A stretch of DNA of 64,000 nucleotides from an uncultured Chloroflexia bacterium (GTDB lineage Bacteria; Chloroflexota; Limnocylindria; Limnocylindrales; CSP1-4). Below the pieces are notes generated by a model. The model did not search any database and was not told the origin of the DNA. It saw nothing but the letters and a program-made list of their open reading frames with translations. A program made the position numbers and the translations under genes. The stretch lies in the NCBI GenBank assembly GCA_963808895.1, contig CAWEHL010000001.1, positions 515,560-579,559 of the forward strand, in the 5' to 3' direction. Positions 8,812 to 18,169 of the stretch are shown here, piece by piece (position 1 is the stretch's first letter; each line of letters opens with the position of its first letter).

Positions 8812-9982
8812 CACGAGGCGAGCGCGCCGCCACGTCCTGCGTGGTCGGGATCCTGGTGTCGTCGCGTTCAACAGGCCGTTCCTCACGGGACGCGAGCTCG
8901 AGTACATCAAGCGTGCGCACGCCAATGGACATCTCGCAGGCCAGGGTGAATTCGCGCGTCTGTCGGGACAGTGGCTCGAAGAGCAGTTCGGATCGGCGCG
9001 CGGTCTGCTGACCCATTCCTGCACGGCGGCGCTCGAGATGTCAGCGATCCTTGCCGACGTCGGGCCTGGCGACGAAGTGATCATGCCGTCGTTCACCTTC
9101 GTGTCGACTGCGAACGCGTTCGTGCTTCGCGGTGCGACCCCGGTGTTCGTCGATATCCGCCCCGACACGCTCAACCTCGACGAGCGGCTACTCGCCGAGG
9201 CGATCACCGACCGAACGAAGGCCGTCGTGCCCGTCCATTACGCCGGTGTGGCCTGCGAGATGGACGCGATCATGGAGGTCGCCCGAGACCGCGACCTGCT
9301 CGTCATCGAGGATGCGGCCCAGGCTGTCCTCTCGGGATACAAGGGGCGTCCTGTCGGCGGCATCGGGCATCTCGCCGCGCTCTCCTTCCACGAGACCAAG
9401 AACGTGATCTCGGGCGAGGGCGGAGCACTGCTGGTGAACGAGCCCGCGTTCGCGACTCGCGCCGAGGTCATCCTCGAGAAGGGGACGAACCGGTCACAGT
9501 TCTTCCGCGGCGAGGTCGACAAGTACACGTGGGTCGACATCGGGTCGTCATACCTGCCCGGCGAGATCGTCGCGGCGTTCCTGTTCGCCCAGCTCGAACA
9601 TGCGGAGGAGATCACGGCGCGGCGACTCGCCATCTGGGCGCGCTATCACGCGGCATTCGAAGCTGCCGAGCGGGAAGGCCTGCTGCGGCGGCCGATCGTG
9701 CCCGACGACCGCGAGCACAACGCCCACATGTACTACCTGCTCCTGCCCGATCTCGAGACGCGAACGATGCTGATCGACGCGCTGCGGACGAGACTCGTGC
9801 ATTCGGTCTTCCACTACGTGCCGCTGCACAGCTCCCCGCAGGGATCCAAGGTCGGCCGCGTGGCCGGCTCGATGGAGGTCACGGAGTCGGCCAGCGAGCG
9901 GCTCGTACGGTTGCCGTTGTGGCTGGGCGTCGAACCCGAACAGGATCGGGTGATCGAAGGCGTCCTCTCGGCGCTCGGATAG
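8780..9982 (+). CDS. wecE: dTDP-4-keto-6-deoxyhexose aminotransferase, WecE type (DegT/DnrJ/EryC1 family)
   Basis: Blocks EVIMPSFTFVSTANAFVLRGATPVFVDIRPDTLNLDE, VPVHYAGVACEMD, FHETKN, EKGTNRSQFFRGEVDKYTWVDIGSSYL, VFHYVPLH and SERLVRLPLW match E. coli WecE as I recall it. The start may be the ATG at 8792. Confidence 0.85.
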   Translation: MNGPMTNSPTDTRRARRHVLRGRDPGVVAFNRPFLTGRELEYIKRAHANGHLAGQGEFARLSGQWLEEQFGSARGLLTHSCTAALEMSAILADVGPGDEVIMPSFTFVSTANAFVLRGATPVFVDIRPDTLNLDERLLAEAITDRTKAVVPVHYAGVACEMDAIMEVARDRDLLVIEDAAQAVLSGYKGRPVGGIGHLAALSFHETKNVISGEGGALLVNEPAFATRAEVILEKGTNRSQFFRGEVDKYTWVDIGSSYLPGEIVAAFLFAQLEHAEEITARRLAIWARYHAAFEAAEREGLLRRPIVPDDREHNAHMYYLLLPDLETRTMLIDALRTRLVHSVFHYVPLHSSPQGSKVGRVAGSMEVTESASERLVRLPLWLGVEPEQDRVIEGVLSALG

Positions 9983-10082
9983 GACGTTCCTTCGTGACAC
10001 GCACCATCTGGCTGCCCGATCTTGCCGAGCGCGCTGCCTATCGTGCGCTCGGCATGGGTCGTCACCCGTGCGGAGGGCGACG

Positions 10083-10739
10083 GTGACACGCCTTCTGCCG
10101 GAGCTGTACGACGCACGCTTCGACGAGCGCGAGATCAGCCGCAAGGACGACGTGTGGCGGGAGATCGTCGCGTACCTGGAGCGGTACATCGACCCGGCCG
10201 GGCCTACCCTGGACGTGGCGTGCGACCGAGGCCATTTCATCCGGTTCGTGACGACTCCCGAGCGGTGGGCCACCGACATCCGAGACATGCGCGCCGCGCT
10301 CCCGACCGATATCCGCTTCGTCCAGGGCTCCGGGCTCGACCTTGCCAAGCTGCTCCCCAACGGCCACTTCGCCACCGTGTTCATGAGCAACTACCTCGAG
10401 CACCTCGAGTCGAGTGACGCCGTGATCGACCAATTGCGCGTCGTCCGCGCGCTGCTTCGCCCTGGCGGTCGGGTGATCGTCCTCCAGCCGAACATCAGGC
10501 TCGTCGGGCCGCGCTACTGGGACTTCATCGATCACCGGGTCGCCCTGACCGAGCGAAGCCTCCTCGAGGCCGCCGAGGTCGCGGGCCTGCGGACCGTTGA
10601 CCTGATCACTCGCTTCCTGCCGTATTCGACGAAGGGCCGTTTGCCCACGGACCAGCGGCTGGTGCGGATCTATCTCCGCCTCCGCCCTGCCTGGTGGGTC
10701 CTCGGGCGTCAGACCCTGTTCGTCGGGGAAGCGACGTGA
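10083..10739 (+). CDS. Class I SAM-dependent methyltransferase
   Basis: GTG 10083 lies 5 nt after GGAGGG (track start is 10068). TLDVACDRGHF (motif I-like), LLRPGGRVIVLQPN. Confidence 0.7.
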   Translation: MTRLLPELYDARFDEREISRKDDVWREIVAYLERYIDPAGPTLDVACDRGHFIRFVTTPERWATDIRDMRAALPTDIRFVQGSGLDLAKLLPNGHFATVFMSNYLEHLESSDAVIDQLRVVRALLRPGGRVIVLQPNIRLVGPRYWDFIDHRVALTERSLLEAAEVAGLRTVDLITRFLPYSTKGRLPTDQRLVRIYLRLRPAWWVLGRQTLFVGEAT

Positions 10740-11491
10740 TCGCGGACGCCGGCGTGGCCGACCGCGACGTGATCCTCTCGATCGTGATGCCCGTCTTCAA
10801 GGAGGGCGATGCCGTCGAGCCGGTGATCCGCGCCCTGACGACCGATGTCGTCACGCCGCACGAGATCCTGGTCGTATACGACTTCGACGAGGACCCGACC
10901 GTCCCGGTCATCGCGCGGCTCGGCGCCGAGCTCCCGGCGGTGCACGGGCTCCGGAACGACCTCGGTCGAGGGGTGTTGAACGCCATGAAGGCGGGCATAG
11001 CCGCCGCGCGGGGAGAGTTCGTCCTCATCACGATGTCCGACGGATCGGACCAGCCGCAGATCGTCGACGAGATGGTCGCCAAGGCGCGCGCCGGTGCCGA
11101 TGTCGTCGCCGCGTCCCGATATATGCGCGGCGGTCATCAGATCGGCGGACCTCGACTCAAGCGCCTGATGAGCCGGACCGCGGGCCTGACGCTCCACTGG
11201 TTCGCGGGCGTCCCGACCCACGATCCGACGAACAACTTCAAGCTCTACTCACGGCGCTTCCTCGAGACCGTGACGATCGACAGCACCGCCGGTTTCGAGT
11301 TGGCCCTCGAGCTGACGGTCAAAGCGACGCTCGACCATCGTCGCGTGGACGAGGTGCCCACGACGTGGCGTGACCGGACCGCGGGCGAGAGCAACTTCAA
11401 ACTCAGGAAGTGGCTGCCGCACTACCTCGATTGGTATCGGCGAGCATTCGTGGGACGCTGGCTTCGGCGACGGGACGCGGCGCCGTCGTGA
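10736..11491 (+). CDS. GT2 polyprenyl-phosphate mannose/glucose synthase, DPM1-like (soluble type)
   Basis: LSIVMPVFKEG, ILVVYDFDEDPT, ITMSDGSDQP, ASRYMRGG, THDPTNNFKLYSRRF. GTGA overlap with the upstream stop. Confidence 0.8.
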   Translation: MIADAGVADRDVILSIVMPVFKEGDAVEPVIRALTTDVVTPHEILVVYDFDEDPTVPVIARLGAELPAVHGLRNDLGRGVLNAMKAGIAAARGEFVLITMSDGSDQPQIVDEMVAKARAGADVVAASRYMRGGHQIGGPRLKRLMSRTAGLTLHWFAGVPTHDPTNNFKLYSRRFLETVTIDSTAGFELALELTVKATLDHRRVDEVPTTWRDRTAGESNFKLRKWLPHYLDWYRRAFVGRWLRRRDAAPS

Positions 11492-12381
11492 TCGGCCGTC
11501 TGCGCCTCGCGCTCGAACGGATCGGCCTGCCGGCCTGGTTCGTCGCGATCGATCTCCTCTGGATCGCGAAGGTCGATGTGCTCGCGATCGACGCGCGCCA
11601 CTACCAGCGCGCGACGAACGCATGGCTCGCGGGGGGCGACCCGTTCGCGGTGACCGAGGGCACGACGCCCTACGTGAGCGGTCCGCACACCCTGTTGTTC
11701 TATGCCCCGACCTCGATCCTCCCGGTGACGGTCGCCACATGGGTCTGGATGGCGCTCGGTGTGGCCGCGTCCGTTTGGCTCATACGTCGTCTCGACCTGC
11801 CGCTGTGGTGGATCCTGTTCCCACCCTTGGCGCACGCGATCTGGAACGGCAACCCGCAGACGATCGCCCTCGCGCTGCTCGTCCTCGGCGGTCCACTCGC
11901 TGCTGCCGCTGCCGTCGGCTTGAAGCTCTACACCGGTCTGGCGCTCGCGTTCCGCTGGCGGGACGCCCTCGTGGCCGGCCTGTTCCTGTTGATCACGTTG
12001 CCGTTCGTGCCGTGGCAGCTCTATCTCGAACACTCCGGGACGGTCGCCGCGCACGTGGCGACGTCATGGAACGGCAGCGCCTGGCGCCTGCCGATCCTGC
12101 TGCCGTTCGCCGCGATCGCCATCTGGATCCTCCGCAAGGAGGGCGGAGCCTGGCACGCGGTGGGGGCGTTGTGGCCGGGAACGCAGTTCTACTACAACTC
12201 GATGGCGCTCCCCGCGATCGCCCACAAGAAGGTCGTGACCGCCTTCCTGGCCGTGCCCGTGCCGTTGATGGCGCCGGTCGTCGTGATCGCGCTCGCAGCG
12301 AAGCACGTGATCGATGCCCGCCGGCAATCGACGAGCGAGCTGCGGGGAGAGCGCAGCCCTATGGCCGAGGCCAGCGGCTGA
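11488..12381 (+). CDS. DUF2029-like polytopic membrane protein, paralog B
   Basis: GTGA overlap with the upstream GT2. NAWLAGGDPF, RRLDLPLWWILFPPL, ALLVLGGPLAA and ITLPFVPW parallel 5883..6773. Confidence 0.6.
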   Translation: MIGRLRLALERIGLPAWFVAIDLLWIAKVDVLAIDARHYQRATNAWLAGGDPFAVTEGTTPYVSGPHTLLFYAPTSILPVTVATWVWMALGVAASVWLIRRLDLPLWWILFPPLAHAIWNGNPQTIALALLVLGGPLAAAAAVGLKLYTGLALAFRWRDALVAGLFLLITLPFVPWQLYLEHSGTVAAHVATSWNGSAWRLPILLPFAAIAIWILRKEGGAWHAVGALWPGTQFYYNSMALPAIAHKKVVTAFLAVPVPLMAPVVVIALAAKHVIDARRQSTSELRGERSPMAEASG

Positions 12382-13660
12382 GAAGCGGTCCGTCGGCCGC
12401 GTCCCTCCGGAGCCAGAGCAGCGAAAGCACGGACAGGGCGACCACCGCCACCGACCCGACGATCCCCAGCGCTCCGGCGACCGGCAGGGCGGCCTCGAGC
12501 CCCGGCGTCGCCGGCACGGCGGCGATGAGGTTCAAGGTGATGACGACCGCGAGGATCGCCGCGAACCAGCGGAGGGATCGGTCCGGGATAAGCAGGAGAA
12601 CGACGACGAGGGCGGCATAGGCGTACCGCTCGTGCATCTGCGTCATCCACGTGAAGATCGTGAGGACCGACGCCACGACCCCGAGCACGAACGTTCGCGG
12701 GCGGGGGTCACGGATGATCGCCAGCCCGATGAGCACGGACAGGATCGCCGTCACGAGGTATCCGAGGTGGCGGAACGTGAACGGGCCGATGATCGCGACA
12801 TCGTCGCGGATGAAGTCACCCCCCGCGGCCACGACCTGGAGGATCCACCACGGATTCCACGCCCGCAGCGACAGGACGTTGAAGATCTCGTTCTGGTACG
12901 TGCCCAGGTTGCGCAGGTACCCGAGCGGGCCGGTGGGCAGGAACGGGATCCACAGCACGGCTGCCGTGACCCCGCCCAGGACACCAGCCCGGATGACGCC
13001 TCGCCAGCCCCCCGTCGCCCAGAACCAGGCCGCGAATGGGATCACGAAGGCGATGGCTTGTGGCTTCGTCATCAGGGACACGGCGATCAGGATCGCGGCG
13101 AGGTCGTTCCGGCCCTTGATCGCCGCGACGACCGCTGCGATAGCCGACAGCGCGAAGATCGCCTCGTATTGGCCCCACCACGCGCTGACGTACCAGGTCG
13201 CCGGCACGAGCAGGACCACGGCCCCGCCGATGGCAGCCCACCGTGGACGATCCCGAAGGGCGTACACGACGAGTGCCGCGAGCCCGAGGTCCGCGATGCT
13301 TGCCGGCAGCTTCATGAGTGCACGGATCGCCGGGTCGCTCGCGTCGGTGACCGTGGCGAACGCAGGCTGGATCGCTGCGAGCAGCGCCCAGACGTACGCC
13401 ATGACCGGGCCGAACGTGACCGGTCCGGCGTCCGTTCCCTCGTACAGCGTCGACAGGCCCTGGGTCGCGATGTGATGGACCCACCCGACGAACTGGTCGA
13501 TATCACCTCGAAGACCTTCGGTCGGGAGGAGCCAGACCCGGATCGCGATCCCGGCGACGACCGCGGCAAGGAGGATCAGCTGGTCGGCACGGCTCCAGCC
13601 GGCCGAGGGTCGATCAGACGCGGCTCGTCCGCCAGTACCGTTCGGCCTGCCCGTCGACAT
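12359..13660 (-). CDS. GT-C family membrane glycosyltransferase (PMT_2/DUF2029-like)
   Basis: 433 aa with more than 10 TM spans. First-loop acidic motif GLRGDIDQFVGW, MKLPASIADLG, MTKPQAIAF. Convergent 23-nt overlap with 11488..12381. Confidence 0.7.
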   Translation of the reverse strand: MSTGRPNGTGGRAASDRPSAGWSRADQLILLAAVVAGIAIRVWLLPTEGLRGDIDQFVGWVHHIATQGLSTLYEGTDAGPVTFGPVMAYVWALLAAIQPAFATVTDASDPAIRALMKLPASIADLGLAALVVYALRDRPRWAAIGGAVVLLVPATWYVSAWWGQYEAIFALSAIAAVVAAIKGRNDLAAILIAVSLMTKPQAIAFVIPFAAWFWATGGWRGVIRAGVLGGVTAAVLWIPFLPTGPLGYLRNLGTYQNEIFNVLSLRAWNPWWILQVVAAGGDFIRDDVAIIGPFTFRHLGYLVTAILSVLIGLAIIRDPRPRTFVLGVVASVLTIFTWMTQMHERYAYAALVVVLLLIPDRSLRWFAAILAVVITLNLIAAVPATPGLEAALPVAGALGIVGSVAVVALSVLSLLWLRRDAADGPLLSRWPRP

Positions 13661-14693
13661 CGCCGACCGAGGCGAGCGCCGCGCCGTACGACCGAACGGC
13701 GTCGCCCATCTGGCGCGAGCCGTCGAACAGCCGCTCGACCTGGCTCTCGTAGATCGAGATGCCGGTGATCTTGCGCTCGATCTGGTCGGTGATGTCCGCG
13801 AACGCCGGGTAGACGCTCACGTCGGCAGGCAAGTCGGCGAATGCGTCCGGTCCGAGCTGATCGAGCGTTCGGAAGTCGTTCCACAGCGCGTAGGGGAAGT
13901 CCTCGTAGAAGACCACGGTCCCCGCGTATTCGGGACCGGGCATGACCCAGCCTTGCCCGAGGTTCAGCAGGTCGATCCCGACCTGGCGGCAGAGCCGATG
14001 ATCGACATGTCCACCGACGCCGAGCGGCAGGTACACCTTCTGCGGCTCGAGGCGCTCGATCTCGCGGCGGATGAGCTGGCCCAGCTGCAGGTCGTCCTCG
14101 CGCGGCGCGCCGAGCAGCTCGGCTTCGCCCTCGTATCCCCGGAAGACCGCGTCGGGCTGATCCAGGAAGACGATCGACGCCTCGGCGAAATAGCAGTAGC
14201 GCTCGTCTTCCATGCGACGACGTGCCGTGAGGTCGCCGGCACCGGCGGCTTCCATGATCTCGTCGGTCGCGACGGCGCCCTGCGTCGGCAGGTCGTCGAT
14301 CACGGGCTGCCCCGCGAGCGACTCGGCACGGATGCTCGCGCGTCGATACCACGACGACCGCTGCCAGAAGCGCTTCGCCGCGGCGTCTGCATCGGTCTGC
14401 GTCGCTTCGAGTTTGTCGTCCTCGGCGGCCCACGCCTGCCCGAGCGGGTAATCCGGCAGGATCGAGCTCCGGTTGTAGGCCTCACCGGACGGCCACACCG
14501 CCTTGCTGCCGACGCCCAGGACCTCGCGTCCGAAGTTCGGGACCCCGGCGACGCCCGCCATGCCGTCCACGTCCTCACCCGAGAAGACCGTGATGATCGC
14601 GACGTTCTGGCCGAGCTCGCGGAGACTCGCGATCAGCCCGCCGCAGGACAGGGCGACATCGTCGGGGTGAGGCGCGACGAAGACGTGGGTCAT
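13614..14693 (-). CDS. PIG-L/LmbE family N-acetylglucosaminyl deacetylase with C-terminal extension
   Basis: VFVAPHPDDVALSCGGLIA and GVGGHVDHRLC zinc-site motifs. Confidence 0.85.
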   Translation of the reverse strand: MTHVFVAPHPDDVALSCGGLIASLRELGQNVAIITVFSGEDVDGMAGVAGVPNFGREVLGVGSKAVWPSGEAYNRSSILPDYPLGQAWAAEDDKLEATQTDADAAAKRFWQRSSWYRRASIRAESLAGQPVIDDLPTQGAVATDEIMEAAGAGDLTARRRMEDERYCYFAEASIVFLDQPDAVFRGYEGEAELLGAPREDDLQLGQLIRREIERLEPQKVYLPLGVGGHVDHRLCRQVGIDLLNLGQGWVMPGPEYAGTVVFYEDFPYALWNDFRTLDQLGPDAFADLPADVSVYPAFADITDQIERKITGISIYESQVERLFDGSRQMGDAVRSYGAALASVGDVDGQAERYWRTSRV

Positions 14694-14729
14694 GGCCGCC
14701 CGAGTATATCGAGCGGTACCGGCCCGAAC

Positions 14730-15413
14730 TCAGAACCAGCGGCGCCAGCCATCGTCTCGCCGCTCACCCTCGTCGGGGAACCCGCCCTCGCCGATGAGCG
14801 GCACGAAGACGACGGCACCGTGCGGTGTCTCGCGCCACTCGTCGCCATCCCGTACGACGAGCGTCAGGACCTGGTGGTCGCGTGGGCCGACCGGGATCAC
14901 CAGGCGCCCACCATCGGCAAGCTGGCCCCGAAGCTCGTTCGGGATCGATGGGGCGGCCGCGGTCACGATGATGCCGTCCCAGGGGGCGCCCCCCGCGTCG
15001 CCGAGGCTGCCGTCGGTCGACCGGATCGTGACCGTACCGGGGAGCTCCAGGGCCGAGATCCGCTCCGCCGCTTGGGCGGCAAGGACGTCGTGGCGCTCGA
15101 GGCTCGTCACGTATGCGCCGAGAGCCGCCAGGATCGCTGCCTGATAGCCCGACCCCGTTCCGAGCTCGAGGACCCGTTCACCCGGCTGCGGTGCCAGCAA
15201 CTCCGTCATGCGAGCCACGACCCACGGCTGGCTGATGGTCTGACCGGCGGCGATCGGGACCGCTTCGTCGGCGTATGCGCGCCCTTGCTGATCGCGGTCG
15301 ACGAACAGCTCTCTCGGGACCGCGGCCATCGCCGTCAGCACCCGTTCGTCACGGATGCCCCTGGCCCGGAGTTGTTCCTGGACCATGCGCCGCCGATCGT
15401 CGTCAGCGCCCAT
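14730..15413 (-). CDS. pcm: Protein-L-isoaspartate O-methyltransferase
   Basis: GQTISQPWVVARMTELL, VLELGTGSGYQAAILA, RLVIPVG. Confidence 0.9.
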   Translation of the reverse strand: MGADDDRRRMVQEQLRARGIRDERVLTAMAAVPRELFVDRDQQGRAYADEAVPIAAGQTISQPWVVARMTELLAPQPGERVLELGTGSGYQAAILAALGAYVTSLERHDVLAAQAAERISALELPGTVTIRSTDGSLGDAGGAPWDGIIVTAAAPSIPNELRGQLADGGRLVIPVGPRDHQVLTLVVRDGDEWRETPHGAVVFVPLIGEGGFPDEGERRDDGWRRWF

Positions 15414-15449
15414 CGCCGAGAGAGTAGCCCGGGCCGACCGGGTCGAGCG

Positions 15450-16095
15450 TCAGGAAGCGCTCGGGGATGGAGCCGCGGTCGCGGACGCCGACGCCGACGC
15501 CGATGCGCTCGCCTCCGGGCTGGCGCCCGAGGCGCTCGGGCTCGCACTGACGCTCGGGCTCCCGCTCGGGCTCTCGGTCGGTGTCGGGGTCGGCGTCGGC
15601 AGGGGTCGGAACACGCCGCCCGTCCCGAGGAAGATCGCATTGAGAAGGATCACGATGTACACGGCGACGGCCGCGATCACGAACGCTCGCGACACGTTCT
15701 CGCGGACGTGGACGGCGACCTCTGAAGGCGACGGCGCTCGCGCGGCTTGCTTGGCCGGAGTGCGGCGCCGTGCCGCCGACGAGCGTCGTTCCGCGGCCGT
15801 CGCGGTCGCGGCCGGTGCCGCGTCTCCGGAGATCTCCCGTACCGCCGCCTCGTAGTCATCGATCTCCGCGTCGGCCGGCGTCGACTTCCTCGTCCCCGTC
15901 GATTCGCTCGTCGTCGATCGCGTCGACGCCCCCGTCATCGAGGTCATCGACATCGGTCTCGCGGTCGAGGTCAGCACGCTCGTCGTCGACACCCTCGTCG
16001 TCGATGTCGGCGTCGAGGTCGTCGTCGGGCGCGCGGTCACGGGGCTCGGTCACCGGTGTGTCATCGCTCCTGGAGCTCGATCGCGGGCCGGGCAT
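15450..16095 (-). pseudogene. Acidic N-terminus / single TM / Pro-Thr-Ser-rich tail protein; needs one frame correction near 15877 as assembled
   Basis: The Asp/Glu-rich ORF 15856..16095 runs into ADAEIDDYE..., a TM (FVIAAVAVYIVILLNAIFLG) and the PTPTPTESPSGSPS tail of ORF 15450..16040. The span is 646 nt (1 mod 3). The likely extra base is in GCCGGCC. Confidence 0.45.
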
Positions 16096-16134
16096 CCGGC
16101 GCCGCAGGCGGGCGACAGGATACCCGATAGGCGA

Positions 16135-18165
16135 TCACGCCTCGCGTACCGCTGGCACGAACCACCCGACCAGACCGGCTGCTGCGGTGACCAGCCCGAA
16201 GGCCGCGATCACCGTCGTCACCCCGACCGCTTCCGCGAGGACGCCACCGAGGCCGATCGCGAGCGTCATCGCCCCGAACACGAGAGAGAACCGGAATCCG
16301 ACGACCCGCCCGATCAGATTGCCGGGCGTCCGCTCCTGGAAGAGGGTCTGGCTCGGGATGATGAACAACATGTTCGCGATCCCGATCCCGAACGCGATCG
16401 ACAGGACGACGCCGAGGTTGCCGGACAGCGCCATGACCGTCGTCAGCAAGCCGAGCACGACGTAGCCCACGATGATCATCCGGCCCTTCGCGAGACGCAC
16501 GCCGACCAGCCCGATGACGAAGCCGCCGATCAGGTTGCCGGCACCCTGGCTGCCCTCGATGAAGCCGTAGACCGCGCGCCAGTCGAAGCCCTGCCCGCCG
16601 AAGACGTGCTCTGCGAACACCGCGGTCTGGCCGATCAGTACGCCGACGGTCAGCTGCGCCACGACGGCGAGGAGCGTGTTCGCGAGCAGCACAGGCTCGT
16701 TCCGGAGGAACCGCCAGCCCGTCAGGAGTTCCTCGCGGAACCCGGCCGCGTCGGCGTCGGATCGGGCACCCGTCGGCGCCTCGGACTGGACGGGACGCGG
16801 GATCAGCGTGCTGAGCAGCAGTGCCGAGGCGAGGTAGGTCGCCCCGTCGAACCAGAACGCGATCGACACCGCGTCGGCTACAACGGCGACGAACAGCCCG
16901 GCCAGTGGAAAGCCGATGACATCCGCCAAGGTCTCGCCGATCCACAACGCCGAGTTGGCGGTCAGCAGCTCGTCCTCTCGGACGAGGCGAGGCAGGATGG
17001 CGATGCGCGCCGGGCGGAAGAAGATCGAGATCGTCGTCAGCAGGAAGGCAAGCGGATAGACGAGCCAGATGTTGGCCGTGGCGGCGATCGGCATGATGAA
17101 CACGACCGCTGCGCGGAGGATGTCGCTGACGACGAGGACCTCGCGGTGGTCCCAGCGGTCGACGAGCGTCCCGGCGATCGGCCCGAACAGCAGGTTCGGC
17201 AGCGTCGCCGACACGAATACGAGCGCGACGGCGATCGGTGAACCCGTCAGCACGAAGACGATGGCTGCGATGGCGACCTGGTGGACGCGGTCGCCGAAGA
17301 GCGAGATCAGCTGGCCCGACCAGAGGGCGCTGAACGAGCCATTGAGCGCCAGCCGGACATACGGGTGGCGGCGAAGCCTCGCGAGGACGTCCGGTGACAG
17401 TCCGGGGATCGAGATCGGCCGGGTCGGCGGCGCTTCGACGACGAGAGCTGGCGTTGCGCCGGGGCCGGCCAGCCGTTGGCGATCGGCGCCGAGGACCGTC
17501 GGTCGTTGGAGCGATGCCGACTGCTCGAGGCCCGGAGCGAGGCCGGACGGTCGATAGCCGATCGCGCGGTCGGCAGCGAGGCGCCGCCGCAGGTCGGCGT
17601 CCTGCTGCTCCTCGGTCGGCGTCGGGACGCGGACCACGCCGGCGAACAGGAAGAAGGCGAGCCCGAGCCCCAGGAAGAGGTCGCCGAGGGAGTACACGTT
17701 CTGGATGAACGAGATCGGGACGGGGATGACGTCGCCGAGGATCAGCAGTCGCCCGAGGAAGTCCTGTGCGCTCGGGTCGACGATCACGTGGAACGAGCGC
17801 GTGACGTCGGCAGGCGTGAGCCCGGCGTACGCGAGCGCGGGCTCCCAGATCGGCATGTACCCGCCGTTGACCAGGATCACGAGCCCGTTCGAGAGCACGC
17901 CGAGGAAGGCGAGGCTCAGACCGGGGTAGGTCCGGTTGACCCAGAGAGGGATCAGCAGCACGCCAAAGGCGGCGACGAGCAGCGGGAGGCGCAACGCCTC
18001 GACGACGTCGATGCCCGCGTTGAGCGCGGCCTCAGTCGCGAAGCGGAGCACGAGCGCTGCGACGAGCAAGCCCGTCCAGCGAAGCTGGATCTCGGCGAGG
18101 TTGCGAAGGCGCCCGCCGGCGAGAAGCCCGAGGACGAGCCCGAGCAGGATCCCGCCGATCAGCAT
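16135..18165 (-). CDS. DUF5317-like membrane domain fused to an MFS transporter (MFS_3/EntS-like)
   Basis: The N-terminal ~190 aa (GRLRNLAEIQLRW..., NGLVILVNGGYMPIW, DVIPVP) resemble DUF5317. These are followed by about 12 TM MFS spans. Only 4 nt separate it from the upstream HD-GYP stop. Confidence 0.75.
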   Translation of the reverse strand: MLIGGILLGLVLGLLAGGRLRNLAEIQLRWTGLLVAALVLRFATEAALNAGIDVVEALRLPLLVAAFGVLLIPLWVNRTYPGLSLAFLGVLSNGLVILVNGGYMPIWEPALAYAGLTPADVTRSFHVIVDPSAQDFLGRLLILGDVIPVPISFIQNVYSLGDLFLGLGLAFFLFAGVVRVPTPTEEQQDADLRRRLAADRAIGYRPSGLAPGLEQSASLQRPTVLGADRQRLAGPGATPALVVEAPPTRPISIPGLSPDVLARLRRHPYVRLALNGSFSALWSGQLISLFGDRVHQVAIAAIVFVLTGSPIAVALVFVSATLPNLLFGPIAGTLVDRWDHREVLVVSDILRAAVVFIMPIAATANIWLVYPLAFLLTTISIFFRPARIAILPRLVREDELLTANSALWIGETLADVIGFPLAGLFVAVVADAVSIAFWFDGATYLASALLLSTLIPRPVQSEAPTGARSDADAAGFREELLTGWRFLRNEPVLLANTLLAVVAQLTVGVLIGQTAVFAEHVFGGQGFDWRAVYGFIEGSQGAGNLIGGFVIGLVGVRLAKGRMIIVGYVVLGLLTTVMALSGNLGVVLSIAFGIGIANMLFIIPSQTLFQERTPGNLIGRVVGFRFSLVFGAMTLAIGLGGVLAEAVGVTTVIAAFGLVTAAAGLVGWFVPAVREA

Positions 18166-18169
18166 CGCG

